A DNA stretch of 64,000 nucleotides, from positions 512,001 to 576,000 of the forward strand of contig CAVOVB010000003.1 in assembly GCA_963699755.1 (NCBI GenBank). The letters run 5' to 3'. This DNA comes from an uncultured delta proteobacterium. Its GTDB lineage: Bacteria > Myxococcota_A > Polyangia > Polyangiales > Houyiibacteriaceae. This document shows positions 55,592 through 64,000 of this stretch, one piece after another (the first letter of the stretch is position 1; every line of letters starts with the position of its first letter). The notes beneath the pieces were generated by a model. That model made no database searches. It was given only the letters and a program-made list of their open reading frames with translations, and was not told where the DNA came from. The position numbers were made by a program, and so were the translations under genes.

Positions 55592-56239
55592 ATGAGTACG
55601 AAGCACAGAACACGATTTGAACCCCTCCGCTTCCTCCTCGCCGTTTCGACGTCGATGGTTCTTGGGATGGGCTGCGGCCAAAGCGATTCACCGAGGGCGC
55701 GCGTGAGCGCTGACGAGTACGAGATCATCAAGCAGCAGCAGGAGGAAGCCCTCCAAACCGGCACGATGCCTCTCGGCCAGGCAATGGCGGAGTACAGCTC
55801 CAAGCCCCGAGACCAGTTTGCTGCGCTTGCGCCAGAGCCGTCCGAGGACGAGTCGGCGCTCAACGGCTGGTCGTTCAAGGGCGCCGCTCCCATCGCGACG
55901 GGTGATGTCACCATGCCGCCCGAGTGCGTTGGTGGGGCAAACCCGGAAGCCTGTTGGGGCCAAAAGCTCAGCAACAGCAAGGGCTGCATGGCATGTCACT
56001 CGGTCGACGGCGTGAAGCAGCAACCTTGCCCGAACTGGAAGGGCCTCTTCGGAAGAGAACGGCCTCTGGTGAGCGGCGACACGGTCGTCGCCGACGAAGA
56101 GTACCTCACCAATTCGATCCTGAACTCCTGGGATCAGGTGGTTCAGGGCTACGGAAAGACGATGCCGCCGTACAATTTCCCCGAGCAGGAAATCGCGGCG
56201 TTGGTCGCCTACCTCAAGTCACTAGGAGAGGGCGGATGA
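55592..56239 (+). CDS. Monoheme cytochrome c lipoprotein (caa3 CoxB C-terminal-domain-like)
   Basis: Lipobox GMGC; GCMACHSVDG..WKGLFG..VVADEEYL.NSI..VVQGY..MP. Confidence 0.85.
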   Translation: MSTKHRTRFEPLRFLLAVSTSMVLGMGCGQSDSPRARVSADEYEIIKQQQEEALQTGTMPLGQAMAEYSSKPRDQFAALAPEPSEDESALNGWSFKGAAPIATGDVTMPPECVGGANPEACWGQKLSNSKGCMACHSVDGVKQQPCPNWKGLFGRERPLVSGDTVVADEEYLTNSILNSWDQVVQGYGKTMPPYNFPEQEIAALVAYLKSLGEGG

Positions 56240-56889
56240 TGAGCAGATCCCGCGCCGCGACGGTGGTGGTCTTGTCGGCGCTACCGGTTCTACTGACGGC
56301 CTGCCAGGAGCCCAGCCCGGATACGGCTAGTCTTAGGTACAGCGAAGACCTCTACGACGGCTGCGTCCAGTGTCACGGCGCTAGGGGCGAGGGCAACCCC
56401 GAGGTCGGGGCGCCTTCGATTGCGGGCCTCGAGCGATGGTACGTGAAGAGGCAGCTCCGTGGCTTCAAAAAAGGCTACCGTGGCTTTCACCCTGAAGACG
56501 TCGCTGGGAAGCGAATGTATCCGATGGCCCGCGCGCTCGACACGGATCAGAAAGTGGACGTGGTCGCCAACTACGTCGCTTCCATGGAGCCAACCCATCC
56601 GGCCCCGACCCTCGAGGGCGGCAATCCGGAAACCGGAAAGATCTACTTCGCTGTCTGCGTGCAGTGCCACGGAGCGAATGCGCGAGGCAATCTGGACGAG
56701 TTTGGTCCTCCATTGGCAGGCGCAAGCGATTGGTACCTGCTCACGCAGCTGCAGAACTTCAAGGCCGGGGTACGTGGCACCCAGCCCGACGACGCCATGG
56801 GTGCCAAGATGCGCCCGTTTTCCATGACGCTTCCCACCGAGCAAGCGATGAAAGACGTCATCGCGTACATTGGCACTCTATCCGAGTAA
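56236..56889 (+). CDS. Diheme cytochrome c4-like lipoprotein
   Basis: Lipobox LTAC; two CVQCHG, two WY..QL..FK.G.R repeats. Confidence 0.9.
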   Translation: MMSRSRAATVVVLSALPVLLTACQEPSPDTASLRYSEDLYDGCVQCHGARGEGNPEVGAPSIAGLERWYVKRQLRGFKKGYRGFHPEDVAGKRMYPMARALDTDQKVDVVANYVASMEPTHPAPTLEGGNPETGKIYFAVCVQCHGANARGNLDEFGPPLAGASDWYLLTQLQNFKAGVRGTQPDDAMGAKMRPFSMTLPTEQAMKDVIAYIGTLSE

Positions 56890-56907
56890 GCTACGAGGGT
56901 TTGACAG

Positions 56908-57018
56908 ATGGCAGGCAAGACGCGGGATCCAGACAACGAGGCACATTTTTGGTGGAAGTGGACCATGATCGGGGCCGCCATCTATATCGGTGTCGTGTTC
57001 GCTTTCATTTTGAACTGA
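56908..57018 (+). CDS. 36-aa single-TM protein (below ORF-track cutoff)
   Basis: MAGKTRDPDNEAHFWWKWTMIGAAIYIGVVFAFILN*; upstream GAGGG; fills the gap before coxB. Confidence 0.65.
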   Translation: MAGKTRDPDNEAHFWWKWTMIGAAIYIGVVFAFILN

Positions 57019-57034
57019 GGGTGTAGGGGGTCGA

Positions 57035-57775
57035 ATGCTTCAAGGAATTTACGACTTCATCAAGGGTATCTTCGAGCCGCTTGGCGATTACCTCATCGGT
57101 TCATCGGTCCCGGTAGCCTCGTCGTTCGCTGGGGACATCGACGCGCTCATTGCGCTCGTTGCCGTGTTCGTCGGCTTTTGGGCGCTTCTCGCCTACGCAG
57201 CGTTCTTCTTCTTGATCTTCCGCTTTCGGGCGCGAGAGGGGCATCGGGCGCAATACGTCACGGGGGAAGAGAAGGATCTCAAGCGATGGATCACCTATCC
57301 GCACGCAGCGATCATCCTTTGTGATCTGGTCATCGTCTTCATGGCGATCATGGTCTGGTACAATATCAAGCAGCGCCTGCCCGAGGCCGACAGCACCGTT
57401 CGAATCGTCGCGCAGCAATGGGCATGGAACTTCGTCCATCCCGGGCCTGACAACGAGCTCGACACCGATGACGACATCAATACTTTCAACGAGATGCATG
57501 TCCAAGAGGGCACGACCTATCACTACGAGCTCGTTTCCAAGGATGTCCTCCACGATTTCTCGGTGCCTGTGTTCCGTTTGAAGCAGGACGCTATCCCGGG
57601 CCGGGTCATGAAGGGCTGGTTCAAACCCACCCAGGCCGGCGAGTACGACATTCAGTGCGCCGAGATGTGTGGAATCGGGCACGGCATCATGGGCGCACGA
57701 ATCGTGGTCGAGACCCCTGAAGAACATGCGGCTTGGATGTCGCAGGGCAGCGCGGGCAAGCTTGCTTCCCGCTGA
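57035..57775 (+). CDS. coxB: Cytochrome c oxidase subunit II (CuA, no fused cytochrome c)
   Basis: Two TMs, QQWAWNF, DVLH, CAEMCGIGHGIM. Confidence 0.94.
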   Translation: MLQGIYDFIKGIFEPLGDYLIGSSVPVASSFAGDIDALIALVAVFVGFWALLAYAAFFFLIFRFRAREGHRAQYVTGEEKDLKRWITYPHAAIILCDLVIVFMAIMVWYNIKQRLPEADSTVRIVAQQWAWNFVHPGPDNELDTDDDINTFNEMHVQEGTTYHYELVSKDVLHDFSVPVFRLKQDAIPGRVMKGWFKPTQAGEYDIQCAEMCGIGHGIMGARIVVETPEEHAAWMSQGSAGKLASR

Positions 57776-57786
57776 ATGGAAAAGTC

Positions 57787-59517
57787 ATGGCTGAAGCAGG
57801 CACGATAGACACGCACGGCGCGCACGCGCACGACGCAGACCACGGGCACCACGAGCAGAGTTTCTTGAGCAAGTACATCTTCTCGACCGATCACAAGATC
57901 ATCGCGATGCAGTACATGTTCACCGGAATCGTCATGGCGCTGATAGGCGGGTACATGTCGTACGCGTTCCGCATGCAGTTGGCATTCCCAGGTGAAAGTG
58001 TCCCCGGCTACGGCGTCGTCTCACAGGGCGAGTACAACGCCTTGGTCACCAATCACGGGACGATCATGATTTTCTGGGTCGCCATGCCCATGCTGATCGC
58101 AGCCTTTGGCAACTACCTCATCCCGCTCATGATAGGCGCGGACGACATGGTGTTCCCGCGCATCAATCGCCTCTCGTATCAGATCTTCCTGATCAGCGCG
58201 ATCATTCTCATCGTTTCCTTTTTCGTTCCAGGTGGCGGCTTCGGCGGGGCCTGGACGTCCTATCCGCCGCTTTCGGCAAATGCGGAATACAACCTCACCC
58301 CGATGGGCGCGAGCCTGTGGCTCGTTGCCGTTGCGCTGGAGTTCGTGGCCTTCCTTCTCGGAGGCATCAATTTCATCACGACCCTCATGAATGCGCGCGC
58401 ACCCGGCATGAAGATGCACGACATCCCGATGGTACTGTGGATGATCGTCATCGCGAGCATCCTCTTCATGGCTTCGGTCGGTCCGCTCATTGCAGGAGCG
58501 GTCATGCTCTTCATGGATCAAGTGGTCGGCACCGGCTACTTCGACCCCGACCGTGGCGGCGATCCGGTTCTGTGGCAGCACCTCTTCTGGTTCTTCGGCC
58601 ACCCCGAGGTGTATGTCGTGCTCTTGCCGGCGATGGGGATCGTTGCCGAGATCATCTGCACCTTCGCCCGTAAGAAGCTCTTCAACTACAAGCTGATCCT
58701 CTACACCGCATTCGCGACCGGGATCATCAGCTTCTTCGTCTGGGCCCACCACCAGTTCGTCGCCGGGATCGACCCGCGCATGGCGAACATCTTCACCATC
58801 ACCACCCTGATCATCTCGATTCCCATCGCGGAGATGCTCTTCCTCTACATCGCCACGCTTTACGGCGGATCTATCCGTCTCACCACTCCGATGCTCTGGG
58901 CCTTGTCGTTCATCGCCGAATTCCTCATCGGTGGCATCACCGGCATCTTCCTGGGCGCGAGTGGCTCGGACATCTACTTCCACGACACGTATTTCGTGCT
59001 CGCTCACTTCCACTATACGTTCTTCCCGATCGCCATCATCGGGTTCTTCGCTGGAATAACCTACTGGTTCCCCAAGATGTTCGGACGAATGATGAACGAG
59101 ACGCTCGGCAAGATTCACTTTTGGGGCACGATCATCGCCTTCAACTTCATCTTCATCCCGCTCTTCATCCTGGGCGCCGCAGGTCAGCACAGGCGGATTT
59201 ACAACTTCCAGAACTTCCCCGACCTTGCGGGTATGCAGGACCTCAGGGTGATCGCGACGAGCGCCTTGCTCGTCATGCTCACCTTCCAGGTCATCTTCCT
59301 GTTCAACTTCGTGCACAGCCTCTTCAAGGGCAAGCCCGCCGGCAAAAATCCGTGGAAGGCCAACACGCTCGAGTGGACCGCGGACTCGCCGCCGCCGCAT
59401 GGCAACTGGCCCGAGCTCCCGAACTGCTACAGAGGCCCCTACGAGTACAGCGTGCCAGGCCGCGAAGAAGACTACTGGCCGCAGGACGTCCCACCGGACA
59501 CCGCCCCCGCCGAATGA
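57787..59517 (+). CDS. coxA: Heme-copper oxidase subunit I (A1 signature)
   Basis: TNHG, DMVFPRIN, GHPEVY, WAHH, HDTYF..AHFHY, RR pair. Confidence 0.96.
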   Translation: MAEAGTIDTHGAHAHDADHGHHEQSFLSKYIFSTDHKIIAMQYMFTGIVMALIGGYMSYAFRMQLAFPGESVPGYGVVSQGEYNALVTNHGTIMIFWVAMPMLIAAFGNYLIPLMIGADDMVFPRINRLSYQIFLISAIILIVSFFVPGGGFGGAWTSYPPLSANAEYNLTPMGASLWLVAVALEFVAFLLGGINFITTLMNARAPGMKMHDIPMVLWMIVIASILFMASVGPLIAGAVMLFMDQVVGTGYFDPDRGGDPVLWQHLFWFFGHPEVYVVLLPAMGIVAEIICTFARKKLFNYKLILYTAFATGIISFFVWAHHQFVAGIDPRMANIFTITTLIISIPIAEMLFLYIATLYGGSIRLTTPMLWALSFIAEFLIGGITGIFLGASGSDIYFHDTYFVLAHFHYTFFPIAIIGFFAGITYWFPKMFGRMMNETLGKIHFWGTIIAFNFIFIPLFILGAAGQHRRIYNFQNFPDLAGMQDLRVIATSALLVMLTFQVIFLFNFVHSLFKGKPAGKNPWKANTLEWTADSPPPHGNWPELPNCYRGPYEYSVPGREEDYWPQDVPPDTAPAE

Positions 59518-59527
59518 CGAGGCCGCG

Positions 59528-60106
59528 ATGAGCATGACGAGACCCATAGCAACGACCAGAACCGCCACGGGCATTCCAACGGGCAAGCTCGCCGTTTGGT
59601 GGGTCATCGGCTCGGAGATCGTGATTTTCGGAGGCTTGCTCGCCTCCTATGTCATGCATCGGCTGGGTCACCCCGAGTGGGCCGAATACGCATCCCACAC
59701 GAACACTTGGTTTGGCGGCGCCAACACCTTCGTGCTGCTGACCTCATCGCTCTTTGCCGTGCTCGCGCACCATGCTGCCGTGCATGGGGACGGAAAGACT
59801 GCGGCCAAGTGGCTCCTCGGGACCTGCGCGGGGGGCTTGCTCTTCCTCTGCATCAAGGCGGTCGAGTGGACGGGCGAAATTCAGCACGGCTACACGATCA
59901 CGGCCAACGGCTTTTGGAGCTTCTACTACACTGCCGCTGGGCTTCACGCGCTCCACGTCATCGCGGGCTGCATCATCATGCTGATCATCGCGAAAGAAGC
60001 CTGGGCCGGCAAAGAGCTTCATCGTGTCGAGCTCATTGGCATCTACTGGCACTTCGTCGATATCGTGTGGATTTTCCTCTTCCCGCTGCTCTACATCGCC
60101 AAGTGA
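59528..60106 (+). CDS. Cytochrome c oxidase subunit III-like
   Basis: SEIVIFGGL, NTFVLLTSS, GLHALHV, YWHFVDIVWIFLFPLLY. Confidence 0.93.
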   Translation: MSMTRPIATTRTATGIPTGKLAVWWVIGSEIVIFGGLLASYVMHRLGHPEWAEYASHTNTWFGGANTFVLLTSSLFAVLAHHAAVHGDGKTAAKWLLGTCAGGLLFLCIKAVEWTGEIQHGYTITANGFWSFYYTAAGLHALHVIAGCIIMLIIAKEAWAGKELHRVELIGIYWHFVDIVWIFLFPLLYIAK

Positions 60107-60118
60107 GGATGGACGATC

Positions 60119-60565
60119 ATGGCTGAACAGCAAGACCACGCACAAGACCACACAGGAGATCACAGCCAGGCCTTCTACTTGAAGATCTGGGGCATCTTGC
60201 TCGTGCTTCTCATCCTGAGCATTCTGGGGCCGATCGTTGCGCCGCACCTGGCGTTCGGTTTCCTAAAGGCATGGATGATTACTTTGATGACGGCGTTCGG
60301 AATCGCGGTCGTCAAGGCGTATCTCGTGGCCGCGAACTTCATGCACCTGAACATCGAGAAGAAATACATCTCGTACCTGCTTGCCACCATGTTGATGCTC
60401 ATGCTCCTGTTCTTTGCGGGCACCTCTCCCGACGTCATGAAGCACAAGGGCCAGAACTGGGAAAACGTCGCAGCGGAGACGGAAATCGAGCGAGCGCTCG
60501 AGGCCGAGGGCGCTGCGGCTGCACACGGCGAGCACGCCGGGGAACATCCAACGACCGAGCACTGA
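60119..60565 (+). CDS. Cytochrome c oxidase subunit IV-like
   Basis: YLKIWGILL, AVVKAYLVAANFMHLN.E. Confidence 0.88.
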   Translation: MAEQQDHAQDHTGDHSQAFYLKIWGILLVLLILSILGPIVAPHLAFGFLKAWMITLMTAFGIAVVKAYLVAANFMHLNIEKKYISYLLATMLMLMLLFFAGTSPDVMKHKGQNWENVAAETEIERALEAEGAAAAHGEHAGEHPTTEH

Positions 60566-60583
60566 TGAACCTAGGACTCGACC

Positions 60584-61174
60584 ATGCCTGATGACGCACT
60601 AGGGCGCCCGTACGGCGTGCCAACCAGGCGCGAGCCTGTCGTTCCAAATGGCGTGCTGGGAATGCTGATCTTCGTTGCGACGGAGATCATGTTCTTCTCT
60701 GGGCTGATCAGCGCTTTCGTCATCGGGAAGAGCAATGCAATCGGGGGCTGGCCGCCTCCGGGGCAGCCTCGTTTGCCTATCGAAGAGACTGCCCTCAACA
60801 CCGGGGCGCTCCTCGCGAGCGGCATCGCGCTCTATTTCGCCAACCGCGCGTTCAAGAACGACTCTCCGAGCACGAAGCGACTTCTCGCGCTCGCAATCGG
60901 CCTTGGGGGCTTCTTCGTGCTCTTTCAGGGTGCGGAATGGGTTGCGCTGATCGGCGAGGGGCTGACGATCACCTCCGGGCAGCTGGGCGGCTACTTTTAT
61001 CTGCTCGTCGGGACCCACGCGCTCCACGTGGTCGCAGGCTTCATCATCCTATTGTACACGTATCAGAAGCTCTCCCATCACGACCTCGATCGCTTCACCT
61101 TCTGGCCCGCGCAGATATTCTGGTACTTCGTGGTTGCGGTTTGGCCGATCCTCTACTGGGAGGTGTACCTTTGA
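60584..61174 (+). CDS. Second cytochrome c oxidase subunit III-like protein
   Basis: LGMLIFVATEIMFF, NTGALLASG, GTHALHV, FWYFVVAVWPILY. Confidence 0.9.
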   Translation: MPDDALGRPYGVPTRREPVVPNGVLGMLIFVATEIMFFSGLISAFVIGKSNAIGGWPPPGQPRLPIEETALNTGALLASGIALYFANRAFKNDSPSTKRLLALAIGLGGFFVLFQGAEWVALIGEGLTITSGQLGGYFYLLVGTHALHVVAGFIILLYTYQKLSHHDLDRFTFWPAQIFWYFVVAVWPILYWEVYL

Positions 61175-61449
61175 TTCGTCTGGCTCGGATGAGCGTTGCG
61201 CTCGCGACCGTGGCGGTCGCTTGGGCCGCCGACCTGGTCTATGCTTGTCCCTCCTGCGCCTCGCCGCTCGAGGAGAATCGGCAAGCGTTCGTCGATACGA
61301 CCATCTTCCTCACGGTGGTTCCGCTCACGATGATAGGCGGTTTCGTCTGGTGGCTTCGCCGCAAGATTCGCGATCAGGATGAGCCGCCCGAGATCGCCGT
61401 TCCTCACAACCTCCTGCGTGATGCCGGCCGGTTCTCGAAGGGACGCTGA
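61171..61449 (+). CDS. Small exported CxxC membrane protein closing the cox operon
   Basis: TTG start overlapping previous stop, signal peptide then ACPSCA, one TM. Confidence 0.65.
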   Translation: MIRLARMSVALATVAVAWAADLVYACPSCASPLEENRQAFVDTTIFLTVVPLTMIGGFVWWLRRKIRDQDEPPEIAVPHNLLRDAGRFSKGR

Positions 61450-61451
61450 GG

Positions 61452-62423
61452 CTACCAGAGCTGTTCCCAGACGGGCTGTCGGGCGTCGTAACGTTCGCCG
61501 CGAGATGCTTCACGCTCGGTGACCGCACGCGCAAAGGCTCGTGCCGCGAAGGCCAGCAGGATCCCGACCACAACGTCGATGAACCAGTGCCAGCGAAGGA
61601 ACATCGTTGCCATGATGATGTTCAGGGCCACGAAAGCCAGGATGGGCCAGAGCCAGCGGAAGGGTTGCATGTCCCGATGCGCGAACGCGTGTAAGGTGAA
61701 ATACGCGGGCCAAGCGGTGTGGAGCGAGGGAAAGATGTCGAGCTGCGCGCCGGCTGTGGCGACCGTGACCTCGACCTGCGTCCACCAAAACGCGCCCTGC
61801 AGTGGCTGGTCGAAGGGAATCGTCGCGTAAGGGCCGACGCCGGGCACGACCGTGTAGAGGAAGTGCCCCGCAGCGACGACGAGCATGCTGCCTGCCATCA
61901 ATTCCTGGAGCCTCCGGCCTTTGCCGAAGAACAGCGCCGGAATCAGCATCACGATCAGGATGAGGAAGTGGGTGTAGTAGAAGAAAGACAGCCACTCGAC
62001 GACCGGTCGGACGTTCCAGGCCTCCATCCAAAGCGCTGGGGTCGTTCCGAGGAGCCAGAGATCGATCGCGTAGAGACGATGGTCCATGAGATCGGGATGA
62101 AGAGCAGGGAGCAGGACGCGCATCTCGAAATAGGAAAGCACCATCGGCAGGAACAGCCCCAGGCGGTACGTCATGGCTCGCGCGCGCTGGTTGCGGATGA
62201 CCTCGCCGCGGCTGAGCACCAGAGCGCAGGCCGTGATCACCAGCAGGGCGAGGGCAAGGCGGCGAGCTACGGTTGCGTCCTGACCGTCGGGGGAAACCGA
62301 CACGCGCAAGAAGAGATACGCGTGAAACGCCAGGGCGACCACGTCCTGCACTGCGAGATTTTGCGCGGCGACCCCGATGGTCGTTCGTGCTCGCTCTGCG
62401 GCGCTGCGAGTGAGTTCCAGCAT
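61452..62423 (-). CDS. PAP2-superfamily membrane protein (Aur1/IPC-synthase-like)
   Basis: Multi-TM, PGVGP, FPSLH, HWFIDV. Confidence 0.85.
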   Translation of the reverse strand: MLELTRSAAERARTTIGVAAQNLAVQDVVALAFHAYLFLRVSVSPDGQDATVARRLALALLVITACALVLSRGEVIRNQRARAMTYRLGLFLPMVLSYFEMRVLLPALHPDLMDHRLYAIDLWLLGTTPALWMEAWNVRPVVEWLSFFYYTHFLILIVMLIPALFFGKGRRLQELMAGSMLVVAAGHFLYTVVPGVGPYATIPFDQPLQGAFWWTQVEVTVATAGAQLDIFPSLHTAWPAYFTLHAFAHRDMQPFRWLWPILAFVALNIIMATMFLRWHWFIDVVVGILLAFAARAFARAVTEREASRGERYDARQPVWEQLW

Positions 62424-62566
62424 GCGATTCTCGGTGGAAGCAAGTGTGTCGAGGCTCGAATCGCAACGCAAGCCTCTGCCCAATGGAAGCACCGCTTGGT
62501 TTAGCCCTAAAGGCGTATGAACTTGGGTAGCGGACGGAAGGGGCAAGGTGGGGTACAACGCGCAGC

Positions 62567-63211
62567 ATGGAAGCGGCAACGGCCAGGCGCCCGTCCATTC
62601 GCGAGGACGCGATCAATCTACCGAACTTGCTGACGATGCTCCGGATCGCTCTCATCCCCGGGGTCCTATGGCTGCTCTGGGACGGCACGCCCAAGGCAAA
62701 CTTCTGGGCCGCGATGCTTTACATCGGCACCGCGCTCACGGATCTCATCGACGGCTACTTGGCGCGTAGGTGGGGCCAGATCAGCGTGCTCGGCAAGTTC
62801 CTGGACCCGCTGGCGGACAAGCTCCTCGTGATGGCGACCTTGATCTTCCTGACCTACCTCGGCCGAATGCCCTTCCTTGGAGTCGTCGCCGTGATCATCA
62901 TGCTCGCTCGAGAGCTCGCCGTGACGGCACTGCGCACGATCGCGATGAGCGAGGGCGTCGTGATGGCGGCGATGCGAACCGGCAAAGACAAGACGGCGTT
63001 GCAGATGGTCGCGATCTTGATGCTGATCGTGCACCAGCGCTATACGATCTATTTTGGCTTCTACCAGACCGAGTTCGACTTCGCGCAGGTTGGTTTGGTG
63101 CTCTTGTATTTCAGCCTTGCCTTGGCTCTTCTGAGCGGGGGCGAATACTTCAAGCTCTTCGTCGATGCGGTCGACGCCAAGGAAGAGCGACTGACGCAAG
63201 CAGCATCGTGA
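62567..63211 (+). CDS. pgsA: CDP-diacylglycerol--glycerol-3-phosphate 3-phosphatidyltransferase
   Basis: NLPNLLTMLRI, TDLIDGYLARR..GKFLDPLADK, ARELAVTALR. Confidence 0.93.
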   Translation: MEAATARRPSIREDAINLPNLLTMLRIALIPGVLWLLWDGTPKANFWAAMLYIGTALTDLIDGYLARRWGQISVLGKFLDPLADKLLVMATLIFLTYLGRMPFLGVVAVIIMLARELAVTALRTIAMSEGVVMAAMRTGKDKTALQMVAILMLIVHQRYTIYFGFYQTEFDFAQVGLVLLYFSLALALLSGGEYFKLFVDAVDAKEERLTQAAS

Positions 63212-63990
63212 CCAGGATGAAGGGAACGGCGTCGCTCGAGACTCGCAGGTCGCGTCAGATTCTCGGACGGGTGTTTCGCGGAACAGGACTGCAGGACGCA
63301 TTTCGCAGGCTGGTGGACGAGCACGCGCTTCGGACCGCTTGGGTCAGCGCAATCGGCGCGTTCGAGTGGGTCGAGCTCATCGAGTACGACCAAGCGGAGC
63401 AGCGCTACGTCGAAGCCCATCGATTCGAGCGCTGTGAGTTGCTCTCGCTGCAAGGCAATCTCTCCGAGCGCGACGGCGACCCGTTTTGGCACCTGCATGC
63501 GATCGTGTCTCTCCGAGAAGATGGGCGCGACGTCACCTATGGCGGGCATCTGGTCGACGGGGTGGTGTTCGCGTTGGAGTTCCGGATCGATTGTTATGAT
63601 GAGGTCGAGCTGCGCCGAGCGAATGACGAGGCGACCGGCCTGCAGCTCTGGGCCAACCTGGAAGCGCCGCAGGCGGAGCAGACCGGTGTGCACGATGTTC
63701 CCCTCGGCGAAGCTCGTGGTCCAAGCGCCAGTTGGGCGATGGCTGCCGAGCTGTCCGCTCGGGCGAGTCCGGTCGAAACCGCAGACCACCGGCCGCAAAA
63801 GGGCGATTGGCTCGAACATCCGAAGTTTGGGCTGTGTCAAATCGAAGGCCTCAGTGGCGATGGCGTTTGCTTCATCAAGCTCCCCGACGCGCGCCGAAAG
63901 AAGATCAAGATAGACGCCTTGCAGCTGCTCGCGCCCAGGGACGACGACGGGAAAAAAATCTTCCCAGTACGGCCCCGAGGCAAGCAGTAA
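63208..63990 (+). CDS. PPC/DUF296-domain protein with extra C-terminal domain
   Basis: ELLSLQGNL..WHLHA..YGGHL; C-terminal GDWLEHPKFG. Confidence 0.8.
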   Translation: MTRMKGTASLETRRSRQILGRVFRGTGLQDAFRRLVDEHALRTAWVSAIGAFEWVELIEYDQAEQRYVEAHRFERCELLSLQGNLSERDGDPFWHLHAIVSLREDGRDVTYGGHLVDGVVFALEFRIDCYDEVELRRANDEATGLQLWANLEAPQAEQTGVHDVPLGEARGPSASWAMAAELSARASPVETADHRPQKGDWLEHPKFGLCQIEGLSGDGVCFIKLPDARRKKIKIDALQLLAPRDDDGKKIFPVRPRGKQ

Positions 63991-64000
63991 TCCGTCCCCG

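Noticed and set aside
58021..59607. Long antisense ORFs (528 aa here; also 51556-52926, 27593-28759 and others)
   Set aside because: Shadow frames of GC3-biased real genes
59528..61174. Two subunit-III-like genes as a novelty
   Set aside because: Common in ACIII-linked oxidase operons

Overview
GC-rich bacterial chromosomal window. Gene content (TIGR04551-like OM protein, TIGR02266-like PilZ protein, eukaryote-type Ser/Thr kinases, DUF507) points to Myxococcota, probably a Polyangia-like lineage; this is inference. It is mostly core genome: rnj, gmk-yicC, a Crp/Fnr regulator, the prfB(+1 frameshift)-lysS-lolC/E-lolD-bamA-ompH-tolC-mlaC envelope block, an S1-domain protein, tRNA-Val(CAC), meaB, xth, serA-hisZ-purA, and a 13.7-kb respiratory supercluster (alternative complex III actA-F, two extra c-type cytochromes, A-type heme-copper oxidase). 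I see no integrase, transposase or CRISPR array. The most interesting signals are: (1) an A1-signature oxidase whose K-proton-channel residues all appear replaced, with new intramembrane glutamates and an unannotated 36-aa membrane protein gene just before coxB; (2) a two-module, hairpin-rich dispersed intergenic repeat family at three loci; (3) a pseudokinase-pilin(E5D)-Gly/Asp/Ser-repeat protein module; (4) a degenerate M48-like membrane protein coupled to an M1 aminopeptidase; (5) a recurrent TTGAC-N17-TA promoter pattern lacking T-7. Family calls come from motif recognition only; no database searches were run.
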